The notes beneath the pieces were generated by a model, which saw only the letters and a list, made by a program, of their open reading frames with translations, was not told the DNA's origin and ran no database searches. 47,177 nt of DNA from Archangium sp. (GTDB lineage: Bacteria > Myxococcota > Myxococcia > Myxococcales > Myxococcaceae), in assembly GCA_043753955.1 (NCBI GenBank), contig JAYUVR010000164.1, forward strand, positions 1 to 47,177, given 5' to 3'. Below, piece after piece: positions 19,486-28,301 of the stretch. Position 1 is the first letter of the stretch. Each line of letters begins with the position of its first letter. The position numbers and the translations under genes were made by a program.

Positions 19486-20368
19486 TGAGATGCGCAGTCC
19501 ACAGCGCGTCAAGGCTGTACACGGCAAGCGAGACCCATATGCAAACAAAGGTGATGGCATGGGTGCGGGTGAATTGCTCATCGTAAACCAATACAGCCAA
19601 AAGAAACTGACCCGTCGGAGCGATGTATTGCATAAGCCCGAGCGTCGACAGACGTAACCGTTGCGCACCTTCAATGAACCACACCAGCGGCACTGCAGTT
19701 ACCACCCCTGAGGCAATCAATAGCCAGGTAATGCTGCTATTTATGGTGCCGAAAGCCCCCTCACCCAAGGCGGCTTTCCATAACACATACGCCAATGCCA
19801 ACGGAGTCAGCAGCGCCGTCTCAACCAACAGGCCCAATATCGGGTCGACATGAAACTTCTTTCGCAATAACCCGTACAAGCCAAAGCTGACGGCCAACGT
19901 CAACGACACCACCGGCACCTGGCCGTGCTCGAGGACTAAAAACAACACTCCGACAGTGGCCAACGCGACGGCTATTGCTTGGCGTTGATTGAGTGATTCC
20001 TTGAGAAAGACAACGCCCAGCACCACGTTGACTAAAGGGTTCATGAAGTAACCCAGGCTCGCTTCGAGCATTCGCCCGGCGTTGATTGCCCAAATGAACA
20101 ACAACCAGTTTCCGGCGATTAAGGCTGCGGTGGTGGCACACACCAACATCAGTTTCTTTTGCGCGAAGAGCAGGCGCAATTGCGACCAACGCCGATTGAG
20201 CACCACCAGCGCGCCCAAAAACAACATCGACCAGAGTGCTCGATGACAAGCAATTTCAAAGGCCGGCACCACCTTCACCGCTTTGAAAAATACGGGGGCG
20301 ATTCCCCATGAAAGAAAGGCGCCCAACGCGTAGGCGAGGCCAGCGGTCTGCCGATTGAGCAGCGCCAT
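19454..20368 (-). CDS. rarD: EamA-family transporter RarD
   Basis: 'GNWLLFIWAINAGRMLEASLGYFMNPLVNVVLG' and 'LRLSTLGLMQYIAPT' are collinear with E. coli RarD. Confidence 0.85.
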   Translation of the reverse strand: MALLNRQTAGLAYALGAFLSWGIAPVFFKAVKVVPAFEIACHRALWSMLFLGALVVLNRRWSQLRLLFAQKKLMLVCATTAALIAGNWLLFIWAINAGRMLEASLGYFMNPLVNVVLGVVFLKESLNQRQAIAVALATVGVLFLVLEHGQVPVVSLTLAVSFGLYGLLRKKFHVDPILGLLVETALLTPLALAYVLWKAALGEGAFGTINSSITWLLIASGVVTAVPLVWFIEGAQRLRLSTLGLMQYIAPTGQFLLAVLVYDEQFTRTHAITFVCIWVSLAVYSLDALWTAHLIRKALPLEAK

Positions 20369-20369
20369 T

Positions 20370-21839
20370 TTATCGCCGCCCGATTGCCGGGCGATTGAGC
20401 AGCGCTTCGAGGAGCTGCCGGGTCGTCTCAGCCCAGGCCTCGAGTGCGGTCATCGCTGTCGATTCTCGTTCCGGGCGAGCCTTAGCCCAATGCACTTTCG
20501 GGTGCGCACCACCGGCATCAACCAACACGTCGGCAGTGGCGTCGCCTTCTAAACCCACGGGCATCTTCGTCGAAAGCACCACCACATGAGCTCGCTGTCG
20601 ATGCTGCTCACGTGCGGCGCGCACCGCCTCGAACGACGATGATGCGTGATGGAAATGAACCTGCCCTCGCTCGCGGTATTCGCGCAAGAGCAACCCCATC
20701 ACGCCCTCTTCTTCAGCGAGCGGGGCTTCTTCCCCTTCTTTGACAAAGGTGAGTTCGAATACCAGTGCTTGTGCACTGAGCCATTGCGAAAGCTTGCGCA
20801 CCAATGCGGTGACTGAGCCCATGAGCCAGACCAAACGCTGGTACATTTCACCTGAGTCTTTGACCCGCGCGCGCTGCAACGAGGCGTCAAAGATGAGGGT
20901 TAAGACGCGCTTCTTTCGCACGGCCACTGATTCATCTCGCGCGTAATACAACAATTCATTTTCTACAAAACGCACATCGAAGAGGTCAGGTCGAGCATGG
21001 GGCTCATCTCCGTGTTCCATGTAAATGAGCTCGCTCGTCACCAGATTTTCCACGGCCCCATGAGTGCTGATGCTGGAAAAGCCACCTACCGGGTATGCAG
21101 CCTCAACTTCGAGCGTCGTCGGAGCGTCACCCTCATCGCCCATGTCGCCCCGCAATCTCGTCGGCAGTCGCTCGTCGACTGATTGAGCCACTTCAGCCAA
21201 TTGAGCCAACGCAACGCGCGCTCCCAAGCCTTTGAGGGCGCTCAAATTTTCCATCAAAAAAACTTCGGCATCACTGAGCAATTCGCGAGTTCGCCGAGCA
21301 GCTTGAGCGAGTTGATTGAGCCCTTGGGCAACGCGTTTGGCGATGTCTTCGTCGTACAGCGAAGTGCGGCCCAACTCACGCACCTCATCAGGCAGTCGAG
21401 AGGCAAAGCGTCTCACCACGCCGGGGCTCACCCCGGTGCCTTCAGACAGCCTCAGCCTCGCAAGCAGTTGCGCAGTGATGAGCCCTACGGCTGCAGCTCG
21501 GTACTCTTTTGGCTGAGCAATGAGCGCTTCCGTCAGTCGAGTCCACCTCCGGTCTGCGAGGAGTCGGGCCAACACATGGTCTTCATAGCCGCGCAAAGCG
21601 TCACGAATCGAAGCGATGCCCGCGGCGGCTACCGGCAGCAGACGCTCGCCGTGAAGCAACGCGGTTAAATCGAAAGCCAACGTCGGAGCAGGCAGCAAAG
21701 GCCGCTCGCTGTATGCGGCCTCGAGGGCGCGCACTGACGTCTCGAACCAGGTCGGCGTGCTGGCCGCGTCGCGAGCGAGCACCATGGCCGCTGAAAGAAA
21801 AGCCTCTGCGTGAGCACCGACGAGCAGTTCATCTGACAT
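20370..21839 (-). CDS. Hypothetical 489-aa protein, ViaA-like helical N-domain plus vWA-like C-domain with degenerate MIDAS
   Basis: 'GGFSSISTHGAVENLVTSELIYME...DLFDVRFVENELLYYARDES' parallels the E. coli ViaA segment 'LLPPELATLG...EFYRRLVEKQLLTYRL' that precedes its vWA domain. The DxSxS position reads 'LIFDASLQ'. This is recognition from memory, not a search. Confidence 0.4.
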   Translation of the reverse strand: MSDELLVGAHAEAFLSAAMVLARDAASTPTWFETSVRALEAAYSERPLLPAPTLAFDLTALLHGERLLPVAAAGIASIRDALRGYEDHVLARLLADRRWTRLTEALIAQPKEYRAAAVGLITAQLLARLRLSEGTGVSPGVVRRFASRLPDEVRELGRTSLYDEDIAKRVAQGLNQLAQAARRTRELLSDAEVFLMENLSALKGLGARVALAQLAEVAQSVDERLPTRLRGDMGDEGDAPTTLEVEAAYPVGGFSSISTHGAVENLVTSELIYMEHGDEPHARPDLFDVRFVENELLYYARDESVAVRKKRVLTLIFDASLQRARVKDSGEMYQRLVWLMGSVTALVRKLSQWLSAQALVFELTFVKEGEEAPLAEEEGVMGLLLREYRERGQVHFHHASSSFEAVRAAREQHRQRAHVVVLSTKMPVGLEGDATADVLVDAGGAHPKVHWAKARPERESTAMTALEAWAETTRQLLEALLNRPAIGRR

Positions 21840-21864
21840 CGTTTTCGAGCGTACCTTAACCTTC

Positions 21865-23046
21865 TTAAGTTGGGCCCTTGGAAGTTACCCTCGTGCGCAG
21901 CTCTGCAAGCGTGAGCATGACCGGACCAATGGTGATGTCATCGGCAGTAACCCGACGATGCGGCTCTTCACTCAGAACGAAACATTCTGCGTGCGGCACG
22001 TCTTCGCGAAAAGCGCGCAGCCCCTTGAGTTCTGAATCAGAAACGCGTTTCGACGCTTTTGCTTCGATGGCCAAAATGACACCGTCTGGGAGTTCGATGA
22101 CAAAATCGACTTCAAATTTTGAAAGCGAACGCCAAAAGGAGAGCCTGGCATGCGGTCGATGGTAGGCAATCAAGGCGCGCAATTCACAATAGACAAAGTT
22201 CTCAAATGAAGGACCGTAGGCTGCGTGCCCTTCCTTAAGCCCGGCCACTTGGCGAAGAATGTTTGCGACTCCAACATCGAAAAAGAAAAATTTGGCTGAG
22301 GTTTGAGCTTTGCGTTTCACGGTCTTCGTGAACGGGGCAAGCAGCGTCCCCACGAGCGTGTCTTCTAAGAGTTGAAAATAATCGCGAACGGTCGAAGCAG
22401 AAACCTGCGCATCGTTGGCAACGTTGCTAAAGGTAACTGTCTGCGCTGTGCATAAGGCTGCCACTTCTAAGAATCGCGTGAACTGACTTAGGTTTCGTAC
22501 ATGAGCCTCAGCTTGAATCTCTTCGCGTAAATACAAATCAACATAGTCATGGAGCTCGTCCTCGCGCGACGAGCTCAAGAGAACCGGAGGCAGCCCGCCC
22601 CAAGCAATGATGTCTCGATAAGAAAGCGATATTTTCGCGTCTGACGAAATCTCATTCACAGTCAGCGAACAAAAAGTCCGAGCGCTCAATCTGCCTGCGA
22701 GCAAATTGGTTCCCGCTTTTTTGAGTTTCCGAGCGCTGCTTCCAGTCAAAATGAATTGCAGGTTCGGTCTTTCAAAAAGAATTCTTTGTACCTCATTGGT
22801 TAGCTCTGGCTGCCTTTGGATTTCATCGATGACAATCGGCTGGCCGGCGGGGGCAGCTCGCACGATTTCCTCAAGTTGCTCGGGGTGAGCCGTCAGTGCG
22901 CGATACGTCTTGGAATCGAGCAAGTCGATAAACAGCGCGTGGGGGAAGGTGGCGCGCAAGAAAGTCGACTTGCCCGTACGTCGCGGGCCCAGAAGGAACA
23001 TTCCTTTTTTTTCTTGGGCGTTCAGCTCAAATTCTCGTTGAAACAT
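21865..23046 (-). CDS. AAA_14-type ATPase with DUF4143 / PD-(D/E)xK-like C-terminal domain
   Basis: Walker A 'GPRRTGKST' and Walker B 'PIVIDEIQ'. C-terminal 'FEVDFVIELPDGVILAIEAKAS' has a D...ExK nuclease-like signature. Confidence 0.8.
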   Translation of the reverse strand: MFQREFELNAQEKKGMFLLGPRRTGKSTFLRATFPHALFIDLLDSKTYRALTAHPEQLEEIVRAAPAGQPIVIDEIQRQPELTNEVQRILFERPNLQFILTGSSARKLKKAGTNLLAGRLSARTFCSLTVNEISSDAKISLSYRDIIAWGGLPPVLLSSSREDELHDYVDLYLREEIQAEAHVRNLSQFTRFLEVAALCTAQTVTFSNVANDAQVSASTVRDYFQLLEDTLVGTLLAPFTKTVKRKAQTSAKFFFFDVGVANILRQVAGLKEGHAAYGPSFENFVYCELRALIAYHRPHARLSFWRSLSKFEVDFVIELPDGVILAIEAKASKRVSDSELKGLRAFREDVPHAECFVLSEEPHRRVTADDITIGPVMLTLAELRTRVTSKGPT

Positions 23047-23058
23047 TCACCGAAGCTA

Positions 23059-23089
23059 CCGTTGATATTCGCTAAATCCAACGACAGAG
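23059..23089 (-). promoter_or_regulatory. Imperfect palindromic motif upstream of the ATPase gene, shared with the paralog remnant
   Basis: The reverse complement reads ctctgtcgttggatttagcgaatatcaacgg and ends 12 nt before ATG 23046. A near-copy lies at 23489-23519. Confidence 0.35.
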
Positions 23090-23488
23090 CCGTGTTAATT
23101 TTTTTGATGCTAAGTAATTTCAGTAACTTAGAAAGACACAGTGGCACTTGGCTTTTAGCGCAACTGACGACGCGCAAGATTGAGTTCGCTTGTACTGAGC
23201 GAGTACCACAGCGACAGAGACAGCCCCAGCAGACGCTCGCCTTGAAGCAACACTCTTAATCAAGCCAACGTGAGCGCAGGCAACAAGCCCCCTTGAAAGC
23301 AAATTCACTTCGCGGAGCAACAGCCGAAAAAGTTTGCACCGGAAGATGATGAGGGTTTTGGCTCATTCATCGTTGCCAGAGTCATTTCGAGAAAGAAGAT
23401 CGCGTGAAAGTTGGCCTCATCGATTTCGAAACAGAGAAACTCTTGCGAAGCGCAGTTTGCCGAGGCTCACTTTTCTAGTGCTGTCTTG

Positions 23489-23519
23489 TCTGTCGTTATA
23501 TTAGCCGCGAATATGACGG
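23489..23519 (+). promoter_or_regulatory. Second copy of the shared upstream motif
   Basis: tctgtcgttatattagccgcgaatatgacgg contains the inverted repeat gtcgttatatt / aatatgacggc. It aligns with the copy at 23059-23089 apart from 2-3 nt of indels. Confidence 0.35.
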
Positions 23520-23555
23520 CATCCTTATCAAGTCGACCTCTCGGGCGTTAACACC

Positions 23556-23781
23556 ACATTCGAGCTGTTTTTTCTTGTTTGGCCCCAGGGGCACAGGAAA
23601 AAGTACGTGGCTCAAGGCGTGCTTTCCCAAGGCCACGCGATTTGATCTCCTCGACGAATCGCTCTACCAGCACTTGTTGGCCCACCCAGGGGCCTTCGCT
23701 GATCGTCTGCGCCGCGAGCGTCCAGGAGCAAGGGTGGTGGTCGATGAAGTGCAGCGTCTACCGGGACTTTTGAACGATGTG
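23556..23781 (+). pseudogene. Remnant of a paralogous AAA_14 ATPase (N-terminal ~75 codons only)
   Basis: 'FGPRGTGKSTWLKACFPKATRFDLLDESLY...VVVDEVQRLPGLLNDV' parallels 'LGPRRTGKSTFLRATFPHALFIDLLDSKTY...IVIDEIQRQPELTNEV' of the intact copy. The 5' 'TFEL' lies in another frame, and homology stops at about 23781. Confidence 0.6.
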
Positions 23782-23805
23782 GAAACCCGTCAAATAGGAA
23801 ACGCG

Positions 23806-25785
23806 CTATTGAACACCGAATATCAACGACGGAGTCGTCACTTCACTCGAAAGCACAGACACTCGCGCCGTCAGTCCCGCCTCGTCGGCACAAGATGAAG
23901 CATCGGTAGGCGACACTCCGTTGACTCGAAGCGTAGCGAGCCAGCCTCGACCCCATGTCCCAAAGACACTGCGCCACTCACACCGTTCGCTGACGTCCTT
24001 GCAAGGTTGCGTTTCGTCTGTCTGGTCAATGAGGACTCGTTGATATTCAAAACCATACCCGTCAGACACCATATTGCCGGGCCTCCATTCAACGCCGCCA
24101 CGGTTGCCTTGTCGGGAAAACGACAAGATGCTCCCCGCTTGCACTCGATTGAGATTTGAGTCCGGAAAGTAGACTTCGAATTCGGCAAAACCTCCTTTGG
24201 GGATACCGTTTCCACTAGCGCACAGGCCAGGAACATTGCCCGCGAGCGTTGCGGCCAGCGGCTCTGCACTGTTGCTCGCGAGTATTTTGGTCTCAGTCCA
24301 AATGATTCTATTTCTGTCGTAGACGCCGTTGGGTGGGTCGCAAATACCGTTGTTATTTTCGTCGACCATCGTGACTTCTTCGCCCTCGTCACAAATGTTG
24401 TTGTCATTCCAGTCGACGAACGGCTCGCCTTGGTCAACGAACGACTCTCCGAGGTCGTAGACGCCGTTGTTATTGGTATCGGCAAAATCTTCTTCGCCAA
24501 CTGTATAGGCCATTACAGTGATGAGACCATCACGTGGGTTGCGCTGAAGCGGCCCCTCAAATCGAAAAGGCTCTTCACCGCGCGAAAACGGAAACTGAAA
24601 AGGCTTGGCGACAAACGGCGTAGTGCTCACCGGTGGCCAAGTTCCTCCTGCTGACAGAAACTGAAAGCGACCGAGGCCTTCGTCTGCATTGTTATTCGTG
24701 TAAGGCGCCGTGGTCACGCTGTTCGGTACTGCACCCGCTTCTGTCTTCAACAATACGTCAACCCCTGTACCTACTGGGTTGTTATTTCTATCGACCAGCC
24801 TGACCGTGCAGTTCACCGAAACCAAGAGCGGCGGCTGAGTAGATTTGTATGCGGGAACATTCGCTGTATCGCAATAGAGCACGGTACCCTTATTCGCCGG
24901 CTTTGCCGCCCGAATGGCTATCATCGGGCTCGATGCCTCGAGTTCGCCTGGAAATACAATCGCATGTATTGCGAATGTTTCGAGTTCAAACCCAGACTGC
25001 ACACTGACAGTGACTTCACCGTCGGTGTCGGTCATTCCACGAGCTGCTTCGAGCGCCGCTCCCGAAGAAGGAGGCCAGAGACTGAACTGCACGGGTATTC
25101 CTGCACCGACAGCACCGCTTCCCTGCTCGACTCGAAAGGTCACCTCTGCAGTCTCGTGGTACCCACTGGTGCGAGCACCCATCAGTTTGCAATCTATTGA
25201 AGTGCCGCAGCGTGTTTCGACGTGAACAATTCGTGTCACGTTGACCATCTTCACCGGTGTATTCACTGACGTTGCGGTGAGCGTATGGGTAGCGGTGATG
25301 GTAGCCACCTCGGTCGACTGGTTTGGTGCTTCGACCAATTCAGTACTGGCATAGCCCAATGAGTCGGTTCGGGTCGTCAACGTGGTGGCGAGCCCTCCGT
25401 CGAACACGTTTCTCAGTAAGCCACTGGTTGTCTTGAATTGAATTTCTTGGTCAACCAGAGGGAATTCTCCCGTCCATCGCGCTTTCACATTCACCGCGTC
25501 TTGAGTGCCAATAAATAAGGTGTCTCGGTCGGCGAACAACGCGAGGTCCTGCGCCGTCAGGGCTCCTCCACCAGCGCCTCCACCGGCCTCACCACCTGCA
25601 GTTCCGCCACCTGTCTCACCACCTCCAGTTCCGCCACTTGCCTGGCCGCCCCCAACCCCACCACCTTCGTCGCCAGCATCGACCGCTGGGCAGTCAGTGC
25701 CCAGAATGGGATCACAGCGAAAGGATGTTGGGTTCCAACAAGCGGTCACGAACGCCGCGCTCAGAATGACCAAAAGAAGTCTCAT
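23806..25785 (-). CDS. Large lipoprotein with Gly-rich tether, Ig-like (Big-type) region and Asp-rich Ca-binding-like repeats
   Basis: Start moved to ATG 25785 ('MRLLLVILSAAFVTAC' lipobox). 'GGGVGGGQASGGTGGGETGGGTAGGEAGGGAGGG' is the tether. 'DTNNNGVYDLGESFVDQGEPFVDWNDNNICDEGEE...DENNNGICD' is thrombospondin-type-3-like. Confidence 0.65.
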   Translation of the reverse strand: MRLLLVILSAAFVTACWNPTSFRCDPILGTDCPAVDAGDEGGGVGGGQASGGTGGGETGGGTAGGEAGGGAGGGALTAQDLALFADRDTLFIGTQDAVNVKARWTGEFPLVDQEIQFKTTSGLLRNVFDGGLATTLTTRTDSLGYASTELVEAPNQSTEVATITATHTLTATSVNTPVKMVNVTRIVHVETRCGTSIDCKLMGARTSGYHETAEVTFRVEQGSGAVGAGIPVQFSLWPPSSGAALEAARGMTDTDGEVTVSVQSGFELETFAIHAIVFPGELEASSPMIAIRAAKPANKGTVLYCDTANVPAYKSTQPPLLVSVNCTVRLVDRNNNPVGTGVDVLLKTEAGAVPNSVTTAPYTNNNADEGLGRFQFLSAGGTWPPVSTTPFVAKPFQFPFSRGEEPFRFEGPLQRNPRDGLITVMAYTVGEEDFADTNNNGVYDLGESFVDQGEPFVDWNDNNICDEGEEVTMVDENNNGICDPPNGVYDRNRIIWTETKILASNSAEPLAATLAGNVPGLCASGNGIPKGGFAEFEVYFPDSNLNRVQAGSILSFSRQGNRGGVEWRPGNMVSDGYGFEYQRVLIDQTDETQPCKDVSERCEWRSVFGTWGRGWLATLRVNGVSPTDASSCADEAGLTARVSVLSSEVTTPSLIFGVQ

Positions 25786-25942
25786 GTCTCTGAAGTGCCC
25801 CTTGGAATCAAAGTGCTGCATCGAATGTGCAGAACAGAGCCAAATTGATGCTTTCCCTAACACGTTTAGCCAAAACCAGTGGCGAGATGAGTCGACCATT
25901 CGAGAGGGACTTTGGGGTCGGCGCTGACCTTGGGAACACTCG

Positions 25943-27421
25943 ATGTCATCACTGAGTGCGTTGTCGGAGACCAACGCGCCCGGCACTGTTCAAATGGTCT
26001 CATTGTCGGCACCCATCGACGCACCGCCGTTGGCAAGTGGAGAGAGGGCGAGGGGATGGACTGATCTGATCTCAGTACGATACGAGGCCTACATGACCGG
26101 GCTTGGCGAGCGTGCTGCCGATGTTTACAGCGCGTGGGCGCTGCTTCTCTTGTTCGGGTGCATGGGCCCGCACTTGTTGGTGGCCGGTTTCTACATTTTC
26201 AAGTGGTGGCGTTCGCCTCATTCGCGATGGTTCTTCCTCATTGAGCTCGTCTATGGCTTCGTGAACCCGGTCGTTTACTTGCTCGTGTTCCAACCAGCGC
26301 TCTTCCGTCGTTGGACTCCGAGCTGGCTCCCTGGGTTGTGTTGGCTTGCCTGGGCCACCTATTGGAGCGCACGCTTCTTCGGGCTCAGATTCCAAGGCGA
26401 GAAAAGTCGTCAGTGGATTCGACGCTTTCTTTACTTCACTGTTCTATTGCTCGGGGGCATCACGCTCCGCGATGTCAGCGCTTCGTTCTGGGGTGCCATT
26501 ACCGTCACCGCACTCTTGGGCGCACGTTTTGAGGACATCATCATCAGCGTCATCTGCTTTCCGCTCTACGCGCTGCCACTGATGGCCGCTTGTCGACACA
26601 TTTCCACCACGCGTTATGACGAGACCTGGGCTACCAGTCGCTTCTTCGTCGCTGGGTTACCAGTCTGGGGGCTTGCGACGCTGCTCGTGCTTAGTGCTCT
26701 TTCCGTCGTCGCGACATTGCCGCGAAACACTGAGGAAAGCGTGCGGGAACTCCTCGTTCAAAACAAAGACACCATCATTGTGGTCTCTCGAGCGCACAAT
26801 CTCGACCCAAGATTGATTGCTTCAATCGTTGAGGTCACTCAGCGTGACATCAACCGCCCATTCCTGACAGGCATCGAGGAGTTTGTGACAGACGTCTGGC
26901 TCACAGATGCGACGAGCCACACGCTTCTTGCCGAGGCTCTTGACCCATCGCTGGGCCTTTCACAAGTGAAGGCCCACACCGTACTTACCGCCTACGCGAT
27001 TCGCGAACTCAGCGAGCCCGTTGCACCCAAGTGGTTGCGTAAAGACTACCGCTCAGTTCGTGCTCTCAATCGGCCGGTATTAGAGCGCTTGCCCACGCTC
27101 GAGTTTCTTCGAGTTCCCATTCCCACCGGCGACCGGTTACCGAGCAAGAGGGACGTGGTCACGGCCCTGAAGACGCCTGAGGGCAACCTCGAGTCTGCCG
27201 CTTTCTTGCTCGACCTCCTGGCAACGCAATGGGAACTGGCGAACGCGACCTGGTCAATCCGCTCACGGCCCGACGTGCTGGCAACGTTGTTCCAGTTGGG
27301 TTTTGACCACTCAGTTCCAAAAGCCGACCCCAAAGCCAACGACTTCGGAAAGCAGGTTCAGAAAGCTTTCGTGGAACCGTGGATGCAAACCACCTTCAAT
27401 GCCGCCCCGACAACCCCGTAG
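25943..27421 (+). CDS. Membrane protein with a C-terminal lytic-transglycosylase-like segment (tentative)
   Basis: Several TM helices, then 'NLDPRLIASIVEVTQRD...SLGLSQVKAHTV', which loosely resembles SLT motifs (ES...GLMQ). Start uncertain. Confidence 0.4.
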   Translation: MSSLSALSETNAPGTVQMVSLSAPIDAPPLASGERARGWTDLISVRYEAYMTGLGERAADVYSAWALLLLFGCMGPHLLVAGFYIFKWWRSPHSRWFFLIELVYGFVNPVVYLLVFQPALFRRWTPSWLPGLCWLAWATYWSARFFGLRFQGEKSRQWIRRFLYFTVLLLGGITLRDVSASFWGAITVTALLGARFEDIIISVICFPLYALPLMAACRHISTTRYDETWATSRFFVAGLPVWGLATLLVLSALSVVATLPRNTEESVRELLVQNKDTIIVVSRAHNLDPRLIASIVEVTQRDINRPFLTGIEEFVTDVWLTDATSHTLLAEALDPSLGLSQVKAHTVLTAYAIRELSEPVAPKWLRKDYRSVRALNRPVLERLPTLEFLRVPIPTGDRLPSKRDVVTALKTPEGNLESAAFLLDLLATQWELANATWSIRSRPDVLATLFQLGFDHSVPKADPKANDFGKQVQKAFVEPWMQTTFNAAPTTP

Positions 27422-27443
27422 CGATTTAGAGAATACCGACCGA

Positions 27444-27672
27444 GCATTCAGAGTCGACTGCCGTACACGTCGTCTATCCCCGCATCGAGCGGCGTCGCCA
27501 CCTTCGGAACCGTTGCCCCCAGCCGTCGTACTGGTGCGTTCGTCATGCTCTTCGGCGGGCTGGCCACTGGGGTTTCCTCAAGGGGAGTCGTCGGTGTTGG
27601 TCGCGGCATCTCAAGATGCGAAACAGGCACCACCTCATCACCTCTGCGCTCTGTCGGAACAACAGCAAATTC
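27444..27672. repeat. Direct repeat copy A (kinase 3' tail)
   Basis: The first 28 nt, gcattcagagtcgactgccgtacacgtc, are identical to 28693-28720. The remainder is diverged but collinear. Confidence 0.7.
27448..27672 (-). pseudogene. Remnant of a paralogous Ser/Thr-kinase C-terminal tail
   Basis: 'EFAVVPTERR...PKSMTNAPVRRLGATVPKVATPLDAGIDDVYGSRL' against the kinase C-terminus 'QIAVVSTERD...PKSMVRAPVRRLGATVQKVATPFDGGIDDVYGSRL'. No kinase domain lies upstream of it. Confidence 0.6.
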
Positions 27673-27689
27673 CGACTGTGATGCACCCC

Positions 27690-28301
27690 TCACTGTTTTT
27701 TCGACGCATCCTTCTTGAGGAAAGACATGATGGCCCGTGTCTGATCATCCATGGTGGCGTGCTTGGCCAATCGGGACAGGTTGAGGGCCTGAAAGAGAGT
27801 GCTTCTGGCAGAGCGAACGTAGAGCTGATTGCGAAGGACGTGGGCATTGATACGAGCTCGTTCCCACACCCACACCTCTTTCACGCCCAGTGCGGCGTAG
27901 AGAGGCAGTTTTTCGATGCCGCCACCGGTCCAGCGGACTTCGATGGCGAGGTCGGGCACTGTTCGGTTGGCCTTCGGGCCCACGAGGTAGCATTCGTCTG
28001 GCTCGACCATGGCCTCGACAGACGCGCTGGACAAGGTCCAGGAACCAGCCGCTGTCAGGGGAATGCCTTCCGTCAATGCCCAGGCCTCGAGAAGGCGCGC
28101 AATGCTCTTTTTGATGAACTCATGATTCCAAGACGGAGACATAATCTCGAGAACACCTTCCCCATAGGCCATGCGGTTTCCGCTGATCTCGCCGCGAGCG
28201 CGAAGCATCGCCTGGGCGGCTTTCCACGACCCCAGAGGCAAGACCACTACGTGGTCGACGCTCTTCCAGTCGAGTGCTGGGGGCATGGGCAAGGGTTTCA
28301 C
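27690..28301 (-). CDS. Uma2-family (DUF820) PD-(D/E)xK endonuclease-like protein
   Basis: 'YGEGVLEIMSPSWNHE', 'EPDECYLV', 'PDLAIEVRWTGGG' and 'KLPLYAALGVKEVWVWE' follow the Uma2 pattern. Confidence 0.7.
   Translation of the reverse strand: MKPLPMPPALDWKSVDHVVVLPLGSWKAAQAMLRARGEISGNRMAYGEGVLEIMSPSWNHEFIKKSIARLLEAWALTEGIPLTAAGSWTLSSASVEAMVEPDECYLVGPKANRTVPDLAIEVRWTGGGIEKLPLYAALGVKEVWVWERARINAHVLRNQLYVRSARSTLFQALNLSRLAKHATMDDQTRAIMSFLKKDASKKQ

Noticed and set aside
25564-25665. Repetitive ggN/ccN-rich DNA that looks like a tandem or CRISPR-like repeat
   Set aside because: It is in-frame coding sequence for a Gly-rich linker of the lipoprotein. The units are irregular and there is no repeat-spacer periodicity.
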